A DNA stretch of 39,803 nucleotides. It comes from Nemertoderma westbladi (taxonomy: Eukaryota; Animalia; Xenacoelomorpha). Location of the stretch: contig JAUCBJ010001110.1 of assembly GCA_032718475.1 (NCBI GenBank), positions 1-39,803 on the forward strand. The letters run 5' to 3'. This document shows positions 11,651-23,100 of this stretch, in pieces (the first letter of the stretch is position 1; each line of letters opens with the position of its first letter). The position numbers and the translations under genes are program-made. Below the pieces are notes generated by a model, which was not told the DNA's origin, did not search any database, and saw nothing but the letters and a program-made list of their open reading frames with translations.

Positions 11651-11945
11651 TATAAAGATCGTCAGTCTGCGTTTAGGAAAAATATTTTATGACAAAACAG
11701 GACAAGCGACGAGCGCAACGAGGCATATAATGAAGACGAGTACTGCGTTGACTAAATTATTATATAAACCACCTGGCTTCACATATTGATCGCATCCCTA
11801 GTTATTATTATTATAAAGATCGTCCTAGCTTGCGTTTAAGAAATATATTTAAATACAAAACAGGACGAACGCAAAGAGGCTTATAATGAAAACGAGTACT
11901 GCATTTATTATATTCCTATAAACCACCTGGCTTTGCATATTTAAC
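11651..11945. repeat. Diverged direct repeat, 2 copies, ~160-bp period
   Basis: TATAAAGATCGTC...CAAAACAGGAC...ACGAGTACTGC...TATAAACCACCTGGCTT at 11651 and ~11812. Confidence 0.8.
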
Positions 11946-12154
11946 GTGCGATTGGAAATAAGTTCTTGCTACCCTTCCGTGGGTGGTAGATGTCGCGGTT
12001 ATGTATTGGTGGTTGGGAAGGGTGGGGGGGGGGGGGAGATTAAAACGGGTGAACACGTACTGTCCACCTTTCTTTGATTGATTGGTGGTGTGGGTATATT
12101 TCTCAAAACCTGATTTTGTGATACAGTCGCTGCATTTTAATTTGTATATAATAA

Positions 12155-12332
12155 CTAGGCCTCGTGCTGCGCGAAGTCCCCACGAACGTGTATTATACGT
12201 ATTACATGGGAAAAAAACGTAGAATATTTTTTTCAATATTCTCTCGACCCTTTATCTACAGTAGCTGACGTTCGGTAAATAAAATGCCTTGAGAATAGTG
12301 AAAAAAAGTTATAATTTTTTTCCCATGTAATA
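12155..12332 (-). mobile_element. Helitron-like 3' terminus plus an adjacent foldback segment
   Basis: Minus strand reads a TCGTG...CACGA hairpin followed by CTAG|T; nested inverted repeats TATTACATGGGAAAAAAA / TTTTTTTCCCATGTAATA (12200-12332). Confidence 0.4.
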
Positions 12333-12519
12333 AATAAGTCTTTTGATGTTTGGATAATGTAAATATCATAGTAGTTATACATGTAGAAGGCTTATTGAAG
12401 TAGCTTTAGTTACGTTCAATTTGGTAGAAACGGTCCACACAATAAAATCTAGGCCTGTACGGAAACCTTGGATACAGGATAAACAGGGATTGTGAAGTCA
12501 ATCGAGACGATATCTTGGC

Positions 12520-13068
12520 GGATAGCAAAATTTCCAGATGTGCTTAAACAAGCAAGAGTCACCCCGCCGGTCTTTAAAGCCGACGAACCATTGGACGCTG
12601 GAAACTACCGTACTATTTCTGTGCTACCCATTTTTAGTAAAATTTACGAGAAAATAATATATGATCAGTTAAACTCATTTATTTCGCATAATAATATTGT
12701 AACAAATAAACAGTTCGGTTTTAGAAAAAATCGGAGTACCTTTCATGCGATTCTAACCGTCGTGTCAGAAAAAATAGCGTACGTATTAGATCGCGGTGAC
12801 TCGGGCTGTGCGGTGTACATGGATATCTGGAAAGCGTTTGATACCATAAACCACGGTGTACTCATTAAAAAATTGGATTTTTATGGGATTCACGGTGAAC
12901 CTCTTAAACTCCCAAATAACTATTTGACAAACCGGACACAGTATGTATCTATAAACTGCCACTGTTCTACCACTATTCCCATGACAACAGGGCATACCAC
13001 AAGGTAGTTTAATTGGTCCCTTACTATTCAACTTGTACATAAACGACCTACCATATATTACAGAGTGA
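12520..13068 (+). pseudogene. Non-LTR retrotransposon (CR1/L2-group LINE) reverse transcriptase fragment, frameshifted and truncated
   Basis: NYRTISVLPIFSKIYEK, QFGFRKNRST, DIWKAFDTINH, and after a frameshift GIPQGSLIGPLLFNLYINDLP; the YADD region is missing. Confidence 0.9.
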
Positions 13069-13374
13069 AACGCCCTCTAAAACAGAGTTTATTATTGCCA
13101 ATTCAGTTCTGCATTCTAATTACTAATTTAATGAATTATTTAATTAACAACAACCATACTATAACGCAACCAATATAACAGCAGCTCAACAAACTAGAAC
13201 AAAAAGGTTAGTAGTTTCCAGAATCATCACAAACACACTAACTCCCAAGGCTGAACACTACATTACACATCTATCCAATCATATCTTTAATCCCATTGCA
13301 TGTACCAATGGGGCAGTAATGTCTATTTTTTTTGCTGATGGAAGCAACATGGAAAATTTCTACAGTATTTAGTC

Positions 13375-13385
13375 GGATTCGAACC
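13375..13385 (-). promoter_or_regulatory. Pol III B-box (GGTTCGAATCC), likely a tRNA-derived SINE remnant
   Basis: Exact B-box on the minus strand; no A-box or cloverleaf visible. Confidence 0.3.
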
Positions 13386-13889
13386 TGCGCTGCCAATATG
13401 TATCCACACGTACACTAGCAGTTCAGCAGTTCAGGACAGGGACAGCCCCTGTATCCACACGTACACTGCAATGTTTTTTTTGTATTGACATTTATAAAGC
13501 ATTAAAATTTATCTTTGTCCAACTTAAATTTCAAAAACTCGTTGATAAAATAATATTTTTCTTTGTTTGTTTAAGTAGTGCTGTATAAGGCGTTAATTTG
13601 TAATAATATCTCCGAATTCCAGATAAAAGTATATTAGTATAGTAGCTAATTTAATGTTTGGAAACCATGATCAATTATCTGATTACTGAAACCTGCGCAA
13701 TTGACGTTCGTTTATTGTTTTGGTTAGATACGGGATTGGTATAGATTGTTGGGGGGGGGGGGGGGGGGGTGGGGGGGGGGGGGTGTTCCGTCCGTGTCAT
13801 CAGAAAATGACACTATATTGCGGCGGGACGGGGTGTGTATACGTACGATTTGTAATAAGGTTTGTGGTAATCAAAGCTACATAAACAAA

Positions 13890-14985
13890 GTCGGTCCGGA
13901 CTTGGTCCTGGATTAAGGACCCATATACTTGGCTGCAGGGGTATATGGCCTGGCCAGGCAGATGGTGATCTACCAATGGCTGGTCAGGAGTAGAGTGTTC
14001 TCATGTACACTCTGAGTGCACTTCATTGCGACCTGCACCTGGCAGCAGGGGTACATGGCAGGGCCCAGCAGATGAACTGCACAGCCAATGGTGGGTCATG
14101 TGCGTCAGAGTAGGTAATTCTGATGGGCCTCATATCTGACTCCACTGCGACACCCACCCTGTGGAATGGCAAACCAGGGTGTGGTATTTGCCCCGAGAGC
14201 TGACTCGGCAAAAAAGCACCACCCAACCCCCACTATGGATTACATTATCTACTAAATAAAATACCCAACAAAACAATCCATCTAAACACTATTCCCCTCC
14301 CATTTAACAGATTACCACTACATCTCACTATACCACATCAAAATGTCACACCACCACTGCCTTTTTCATTACATTTGTCATGATATCAACAACCCAAAGA
14401 TACCCCATTTGCTATCATCTTATTGATTAAGCACGATTTTATTGATGGAGATAAAATTATACCCCTGTTATATTGAATATTCACCAAGGATCAACAATGC
14501 TCCCATTCCTACACCATTAATGAAACACTCATAACCGACCTTAGGATTAGCCTCCCCTCCATTCCCATACGGTGGGCACCATTATTAGTCCTTCCGAATA
14601 TGGGCCATCAATATCAAATAATGTCAACCCCTACAGGCAACAGACCAACTATCCCACTGACTTATACAAAATGATAAATGAACCAATAATGACGAGAGCA
14701 ATATATGAGATAGAAGGTACACACACATCCTCTAACCTGATACATTGTCTGCTTTCGCCGAAAGACATCTCTGTGGATAACAACCTTTACGACCAGAGAA
14801 TGCTTCATATTAACAGACATTCCCACTCCCTATTACTATTCTACAACCACCCCCCCCCCCCCCCCCCCCAAACCATTGTCTACTACTAACCACTAACGGG
14901 TAGTTGTGCGTGGTAGAACCGCCGTGACTCATCCTCAGAGGATGTGGTGATTGGCAGGTTTACGCCTGTAGCATTATATATATAT
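13890..14985 (+). mobile_element. Probable internally deleted non-LTR element: structured GC-rich 5' region, A/C-rich decayed coding body, (AT)n tail
   Basis: Composition shifts, an LIHCLLSP motif resembling the LINE ORF2 C-terminal H-x-L-L-x-C-P motif, and a terminal AT microsatellite. Confidence 0.35.
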
Positions 14986-15492
14986 AAGGGGTCTATTGGT
15001 GGGATTTTCTCCAAATTTGGTACAAACAAACTTGACTCTTATGACTATCGATTGACTGAAGTATGCACTTCTAGATAGTTACCATTTTAGTTTCCAGAGC
15101 AACTAATCAGTTAACTATTATTAATACCAATTTTGCTCTACAATATAGAGAGCTTATTTACACATCTTCTCTACTAAACGGGTGGATGTAACCTCGCCAA
15201 TCGGATTTATCGACTTCAAAAACCCTTATCACCAAATAATTTATTTGTTATATTTAAAACCATTGTGGATTTTAAACAAAAACAAATAATTAATTACTAC
15301 ACTAAAATCAATAGAGCAATCACAAATAAGTATATTATGTGAAAAATCTTCGCTAACATTAATGGAAATTATGAAATTTCATTGCAGTGGAATTGTCTAA
15401 TTTTTTACACCAGTTACCTTAATATATCGTGAAATTGTTGATATATTTAAAAATTGGATGCGACTTCTAGTTACCGAGATATAGCAATTATT

Positions 15493-17317
15493 GGCCCGTA
15501 TGCATAAAACACTTACGACCGTCGTAATCCTCCGATCGTCGCATGTCAGCTGATACGACTATCGTAAACAAAATCGATATGCATAAAAATTGTCAGCCTC
15601 TTTGATTGTAAACTTACGATTCATTTCAATCGTAAATTTAAGGGTGCTCTCTATCGAGTATTAAAGTTACGATCTGGCCCAGTTTACATTGAACTCAATT
15701 TTCATTGGCTAAAAGGTAGTATAGGATACTGTTGCTAGGCTACCTATAAAACAATACAACGTAGTGAATTATCTCTCATTTACCACCCTTAATTTAACAC
15801 CTTACACCCTGCTATTTTATTAATTACAATCAAATGCTACGAAATTTCGTATGTTTACAGTTTAGTACTGTGTTTTTTTAAACTATGGCCTGGTCGGATT
15901 TTAAATTTTTCGAAAGAATTCGCAGCAGCAAGCCGTTATAAAACGTGTATTGGCACTTTTTAACTATCTCTATACAGGCGTTGTCTATGCATTACTATGT
16001 TATGTGTACCCACCTTTTGACCACTTATTTTACCATGTTAATGGCTATTATCATGAGGTTTTTTTTTAGAACATAAATATCATCTTCTGTGAGACTAGCT
16101 ATTGTTTTTTTTTTCTGGTAGCTAGTGTTTTTTTTAGGTAGCTAAGCTGCTGTTTCTAAAATTTCAAAACCAAATTTTTGGTACCTAATTTTTGATGAAT
16201 ATTTTGACCATGTTAATGGATATTTTCATGATATTTTTTGTTCTAGAACATAAATTTCACCTGAGAGAGGTTACCTATTATTTTTTATTAAGGTAGCTAG
16301 TGTTTTTAATGGTAGCTATTGATCTAATCTAATCACTAGCTAATAAAAAGTACTAGGTAACACAAAATCAAAATTACTTGCTGCCATCTTACTTGCAGAA
16401 GGTTAAATATTTGTTCTAGAACAAAAAACCTCACGATAAAAACCATTTTCATATGAAAAATATTGGTCAAAAAGTGGGTACCCATAACATAGTAATGCCT
16501 ATGATTCCTCAAGTGTAACAGTTAAACTTCACTTAAACCGTCTAAAGTAAATCGTTTCTTTCATAAAACTTATGTATCCAAAAACATTTGCATGTGCACA
16601 AGGCTATATTATTATATTAAATAAAAACACAATATTCTAGAACATTTTGTTTATGTATGAATACCTACTTAATTAAAGAGGAATTGCATTGTTCTCTAGT
16701 TGTTGTCCAGCTACGTATGGGATAAAGAAAATGTTCCAGAATATGGTGTATTTATTAAAAATAATAAAACTGCCTTGCGCAGTGTTGCAAAACCGTACAT
16801 CATTCGAACCTTCATATCTCAAATATTTATTTATAAAGGTTGAAGAATAACTATGGTGTAACTGGTGCAATATCGACGGAGACACCCTTTTCAAACACTT
16901 GTACTGTATAGCTAAAGAATGAAAGCGAAAATAAAAATTCTGGCTCACCCAGCAAGGAGGAGGAAGGTGAAACTATCTCTTTTTCAAATTTCGTGCAATC
17001 TCATTACGATTTGTAGAAAAATTTGGGGCGGGGGGGGGGGGGGGTACCTGAATAACGACACTATATTCCACGACATGGAGGAGAGGAATCTCAGATTTTC
17101 GCAGTGTTGTTTACAGAGTTGCCCAGCAACACTCGAAAATAGGATCGTAAAAACAGCATCGTAACTAAATTACGATAATCGGAAGCACGATTAATCGTAA
17201 ACAGTTTTATGCAAACCAATATACGACAATCGTGGCTACGATAGTCGTAATCCAACTTACGATTAATTTAGAGTTACGATGGATGTAAATTTACGACTGT
17301 TTTAATGCATACGGGCC
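15493..17317. mobile_element. Non-autonomous TIR DNA transposon, PIF/Harbinger(PHIS)-like, 3-bp ATT TSD
   Basis: TIRs GGCCCGTATGCATAAAACA / TGTTTTAATGCATACGGGCC; ATT on both flanks; many subterminal TTACGA/TCGTAA motifs; no recognisable transposase. Confidence 0.85.
15988..16499. mobile_element. MITE (~510 bp) nested in the Harbinger-like element, probable TA TSD
   Basis: ~35-bp TIR GCATTACTATGTTATG(T/G)GTACCCAC(C/T)TTTTGACCA; internal TAGCTA and TTCTAGAA motifs. Confidence 0.85.
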
Positions 17318-17531
17318 ATTGTATGTGTAGGTGTAATGTAATGGTAGAAGCGATGCAAATTTCAATTAGTGGTTTGGATTGATACCGAAATAATCATGGG
17401 ATTTTTGCAAGATTGACTCGACTATAAATAAATACTCTATTTTGGCTGCCATCTTTACCGTCACCTCTGCAACCACTATTGTCGCTTTACCGTCTCTTTA
17501 TTTATAACTTTATTTCGATCTCAGCAACTCA

Positions 17532-19003
17532 ATGGATAGAACAGGAGATGAAACAGATGAAACATTATCGATAAAGTTACTGGAGGATTACGAGACCCCG
17601 TTGACGTATGGAATTCAGTTATCTGTTGATTTTATCTTCTGTAAGAATCTTCTTCCCACTGGCAGCATCACAAATCAAAAACTTATTATTGACGTAAACT
17701 AGAATCGTTCCATCAGGCTGATGCCCGTGCCATCAAACGATTCTAGTTTACGTTGATAATAAGTTAATGATTTGCGATGCGGCCAGTGGGATGAAAATTC
17801 TTACAGAAGATAGAATTAATATCAATTAATCGCTATATATACTGTATATGATGCAAAATTATCGGCTGATGGAAGAAGAATATGTTACCGAACTTTAGAT
17901 GGATGGATTCATATTAGGGATTCAACTGATGGAGAATTAATATTCGATCATTTTGATTCCCATTCGGTAATAAAGGAGGAAGATTTAATCAATAAAACGT
18001 CACCGATACTCACAAACAGTATAAACTTCCACCCAATTCATTCAAATATATTATGTTTCTCGTCCCCCAATGGGACTATCATTTGTATCAATACGGAGGA
18101 TTATCTTATATACAACCTCTATACCCCCTTTCATATTGGAGTTTCATTCTCACCAACAGCTAAACATCTAATAACCTACTCCACTTACCGAACTACAACT
18201 CCGGAAGTTAAAATTTGGGATTATATTAATTTATTTTCAATACAAAAACCAATTAAAGTCTATGAGTTCAGTGTTTTTGCTATAGAATGACTAGATTGGG
18301 TTGCGGACGATATAATAATTATAGGTAACAAAGTTAATGTTGAGTCAAAGGGGTGCAATGTAGATTGTTTGAACTTATTGGATGGGAAGCCGATATGTGG
18401 GGTGAGATTTACCAACGAGTTATACAAACTCCACCTAAAAGGAATTAAATACCTCAGGGCAGTGGATCGCGTTCTTATAATAATCGGATATCCATTGGGG
18501 CGATCGCACGCAGAACTACTGGTCGGTAAAACCGGAGAAACAAACCACCGAATTGAATCCGGTTCAATCGGACCGGTTAAGTTAACATCAAGCCGCGTGG
18601 ATGTCACTCCTGGTATAGTCAGGTGGCTTAGTGTGAGGAAAGCACCATTTTATCACTATATATGTAAAATTTTACGTGGAATCCATTTCGAAGGGTATCC
18701 AAATCTGTAGTTGAGTGGATGACATTGATATCGATGGGTTGAGTGAACTTAAAATTATATTTTTTTCTTACAGTAAACAATATTTGGTAATAACGTACAA
18801 CATGGACTTATGAATTAAATTTTTTTTTATATTTAGCCCGTAGATGACATTGCCGAACTGTGAGAAGTATTTGAAGTACAACATTAAAACACTTCCACTC
18901 ACAGTCAAAGCTTGATATTATTTCTTAAAACTTATGGCCTAACGTTATTCAATCTATAATTTATAAATTTCGTTAACAAACGTTTTATAAATAATGAAGA
19001 CTT
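17532..19003 (+). pseudogene. Intronless WD40/beta-propeller-like pseudogene, copy 1 (3' end cut by MITE)
   Basis: Frame 17820-18290 has no ATG so is absent from the track; it reads AKLSADGRRICYRTLDGWIHIRD, SINFHPIHSNILCFSSPNGTI, VSFSPTAKHLITYS...VKIWD. After one TGA it continues in frame (LDWVADD...) to 18710. Start MDRTGDE at 17532; TATAAATA at 17423. Confidence 0.75.
17625..17820. repeat. Long inverted repeat (85-bp arms, 26-nt loop) inside the WD40-like gene, copy 1
   Basis: 17625-17709 is the reverse complement of 17736-17820 with 11 differences by my count. Confidence 0.95.
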
Positions 19004-19527
19004 CGGTATTAGTATGGCCTGTGACCCCACTTTTTGATGAAAAAAACTAGCTAGTAATTTATGATATACTAGCTACATATGTTGGTATTATGTTTGCCCC
19101 ACTCAAGTTCTACATTCTGGAACATTTTTCTTGGTAAATAATGATTTATTGAAGGTTAATCGAATATGTTATTTAATGAATATAACAATGTAAATTGATT
19201 AGTTTGTTGTTTTTGAACTGAATTAAACCATATCAATATCAAGAAAAAATATCAATTTTTTGACATTTTTTTTATAATTTCAATAAATACTAGCTAGTAA
19301 AAAAATACTAGCTACCATAAAAAAAACATATCTACTTAATTTGTAGAACATTTTCTAAAACAGAAAGAAAACATGATAGAATCACTTTATAATGTATTTC
19401 TAAGTATAAAATTGCATTAGAAAACTTACAAAACTTACTTACTACTAACTTATTAAAATTTAAACTTACAAAAATAATTGCCTATTAGGTTTTGACAAAT
19501 TTTTACTAGCTACCACAACAGTGTTCC

Positions 19528-20068
19528 TGTTAGCTTATCCAATCCCGCTAACACCCCATAAAAGTTAAGCCGATAAGCAATATTGTGGGCCTCGAGATTG
19601 GGCAATCAACCAACTCGCGCCACCCCAACAAAATGGGAAGGTGAACCACACAATAAGGGTCAGGGGCCAAACCCCTAACCAAGAGAGAACAGGTGGAGTG
19701 AACGGGACACTCCAAAGGGCGCCAACAAGGGTATCAACCAATCGGAGGGGGGAAGGCACCGATTGAGTAGAGCAATAAGGCCACCGTGCAATATAACCAG
19801 TAACCAGTAATCATATTACCTCAGTTATCTCAGTGTTATTGGTACTACTGTAAGAATAGTTTAGCTAGGGAAGTACCGGGATTTCAGTTACCGTCTCCCG
19901 CCTTCCGTGTACAACAATATTACCAGTCATCATTATCTATATCTATATTGTATATACCTCGGACATTGCAATACAACGAACAACAGGAACTCTTTATCTT
20001 TCACACACGGCGGGGACGCGTGAACTGACAAAACGGATAAATCGGGATCCTTCCTGGATCCCGTCACA
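19528..20068 (+). repeat. 5' LTR of element B
   Basis: TGTTAGC...GTCACA; CCAAT, ATATAA (19791) and TCAGTT Inr-like motifs; I see only one mismatch to the 3' LTR. Confidence 0.98.
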
Positions 20069-20079
20069 GTAACTGAATC
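20069..20079 (+). other. Non-canonical primer-binding site position (GTAACTGAATC), complementary to LTR sequence
   Basis: No TGG after the LTR; 9-nt perfect complement TTCAGTTAC at 19883-19891. Confidence 0.55.
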
Positions 20080-20144
20080 GAGCTGCCGCCCTAGTCAAAC
20101 TGTAAAACTAGCTAAACCACCAGTCACCAATCTGCAGAAGAGAG

Positions 20145-23100
20145 ATGAGTCAGTCAGGTGAATCGACACCGACGCGGACCCCGGACGAAGAGCAAACGAT
20201 CCGCGAGGCCGCGACCAGGCGGTATAGGCCCACGACGCCGGAGCCATCGGTAACGGGTGACCCGGAAGTCCAAGATGAGGGGGACCGTCTGGAATCAGAA
20301 TCCGAGTTGAGAGGAGAGGGAGTCGAGTCGGAGGATAGAGAGAACGAGGTCGAGGGAGAAAGAGAGGAGTCGACACGGAACGAGGGTCGACGTGCCGACG
20401 TCGCGGGCCAGCCACAGGCCGAGGGCGACGGACGGCCCACCGGAACGGCGACGGTGGGGCCGACGGTACGACGCCGGACCCGGAGAGACGACGGGGATGT
20501 CGACACCGATGTCGCGGGCTAGCCACAGGCCGAGGGCGACGGACGGCCCACCGGAACGGCGACGGTGGGGCCGCCGGTACGACGTCGAACCCGAAGAGAC
20601 GGAGGAGAGGTCGGCGACGAGGACGTCGGGGTTTCTGATCGACTTCGACGGGCCTACAACGCGACCCGGAGATTACTAGAGGAGGCCAGAAAGGGGAAAA
20701 CGATAGACGAGGTAAAACTGAACTCGGGACTAGGTAAGTCAGACAGATATTTACATTATCTAATGCGCTTCGGGCAGAGAGAATTGGCCGAGGAGAGAGC
20801 GACAAGGGTTGCCGAGGAACTGTATGACTCATGGCGGTATGGGGGTATACAACCTAGAGTAGTGTACATAGGGCCATACTTAATCGATGCCCGGGGTATA
20901 AAATCAGTGGGTTGGAACAGACCTGAGGAGGGCGAACCCGAGGTTGACCCCGCGGGTTCGGTCTCGTCGGTCGGAGGGAGTTCCGGGAAGGGGGGGAGAG
21001 CTAGTAGATCGGGAAGGCGGAAGGAATCCGTCAGAACCGATAAGTCTGCTACATCCTCCGTAAAAGAAAGACGGGTGAGAGCGATAGATGCCACGTATCG
21101 TATCGACCTGATAACGCAAGGTCAGGAAGAAATAGGTAAACGGTTAGAGGAAGGGAAGGTGCTACTAGAGAGGGAAGCGGTGTCGATTAGAGAGACAAGA
21201 GAGAGGGCCGAGAGGGCCATAAGGAGCCTTAGGGAGTATGATGAAATAGAGTGGAAGGAACAAGAGGAGCGTGTGGCAAGAGAGAAAAGTGAACGCAAGG
21301 AGCGTGAGGCGAAGTGGGAAAGTGAACGAAAGGAACGTGAGGCGGAACGTGAGGCGGAACGAAAGGAACGTGAGGCGGAACGTGAGAAACGTGAGGCGGA
21401 ACGTGAGAAACGTGAGGCGAAGGAAGAAAGTGAACGCAGAGAGCGTAAGGCGAGGCGAAGGGAGGGGATTAGGAGAGAGATGGAATTGGCCAAGCAGAAC
21501 GAACAGGAGGCTATGGATAAAATGGCGGAAGAGGGGCGTGAGCAGGAAGAATTGAAAAAACGCCAAAGGGAGTTTGCAGAGTACAAGGCTAGACAGACGC
21601 GCGAACTAAGACTGGCGCGGGCAGGGGTGTCTGAGAGCGGGACGGGCTCGAGTATTTTCGAGGAGCAAGAGGCCGTGGATGTATTTATTAATGCCCCACT
21701 TACAGGGACCGCAAGACGGACCCGAAACTGGTGTGACCGTACGAGCGGGGGGGGGGGGGGGGGGGTAACAATATTACAGTAGATGACGTTAATATTAATA
21801 ATACTGTCGACCCTAACCAAATCTTTATTGCAGGAAATACTTTACCTAATAGTAATAATTTTATTTTAAATCAGAACGATTCTAATATTAACGTGCAAAA
21901 TAATTCTAATAACGTAGTTATACAAAGTAACCCAAATAATTTAAATAATAACCCGAATTCGATTTTACAAAATAATCCAAATAATGTTATAACGCAAAAT
22001 AATGTTTCTAACTTTGGTGCGCAGGACAATTTGGGCGCACTTGAGGATACTCACGGTGGTGTTATTAATGTAAACGCGTCCGACGTACATAGCCCGGCGG
22101 GTGAGGGCCTGGTAGGCCACGTAGTCAGTAGGCCGGAAGTGGCGGGGTTGAGCCAACCCGAGGTAGGCCTGGTAGGCCTCGTAGATAGTAGGCCGAAAGC
22201 GGCGGGGTTGAGCCAACCCGAAGCAGGCCTGGTAGGCCAGGTAGTAGTAGAGAGAGAGGCGGGGGTAAGTGGACCCAGCCGCAATACAAACATTGTGTCG
22301 ATGGGAGAAGAGTGTAGAAGTGGAATAAGAGATAGTGAAGTTAGATGTGGCGAGTGGGGGGGGGGGGGCTACGGTTGCCCCACCACGCAAGATTAGCGGC
22401 GAGAGAGGGGGGGCAGAGAATGCCCCACAAGAGGGGTATAGAAGTGTAGTAAGAGGTGGTGAAGTTAGAAGTGGCGGGTGGGGGGGGGGCTACGAGCACC
22501 CCACCGCGAGAAGTTAGTGACGAGAGAGGGGGGGCAGAGAATGTCCCACAGGCGTCGGCGGATAATGCGAGGGCCGAAGTAGGTAAACCGCAACACCCGG
22601 CGACGGAGAGTAATAGGGGGATCGCGAGTATCCCCAGCGGCGTGCAATCGAGCAGAGAGAGGCAGGTTGACGTCGCGAGAGGGCGGACGGAGCGTCGAGC
22701 CCGATCAGCAGAGGGAAGAAGAACAGTGGAGTTTAACCGGGAGGTCGACGAGAGATCTCACGAGCGGGAATACTGCACTGAAAGAAGAAGAAGAGAAGAC
22801 GGTAGGAGAAGTATCGCCGTGAACGATAGAAGAGCGAGGACGGATAGTGAGCCGTCGGTAGTTGAGATGGAAGGAGAGAGTCGGTGGGGTCGAACTACGG
22901 GAGATTGCCGTCGTCCCGGAGAGACGCGACCCGACGAGGCGCACTACGCGTCGAGAGAAGGGTACATGATGTACCGGCACGAAGATGAGAGTGGTAGAGG
23001 GGGTCAAAGAGAAACTTTCCGACGGGATATACCTGCCGATCGAGGATACGGTAGCCGCGGGGAGGATTATTCGAGGAGAATAAACTTCGATCCCGAGCAA

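Larger units (their letters stand above)
14984..19003 (+). repeat. Segmental repeat unit U, copy 1
   Basis: Colinear and highly similar to 32766-36772; begins with Helentron-like sequence (CCAAATTTGGTACA, CCGAGATATAGC). Confidence 0.95.

Noticed and set aside
13340-13420. tRNA gene
   Set aside because: Only a B-box; no A-box or cloverleaf.
13790-13815. Hammerhead core CTGATGA on the minus strand
   Set aside because: No stem II or GAAA partner.
14150-14215. HDV-like ribozyme
   Set aside because: Pseudoknot lacks P3, P1.1, P4 and the catalytic junction.
16673-17164. Harbinger transposase remnants
   Set aside because: No DDE or Myb/SANT motifs recognisable in any frame I read.
19565-19759. 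64-aa ORF duplicated at 30750-30944
   Set aside because: Duplicated only because it lies within the LTRs.
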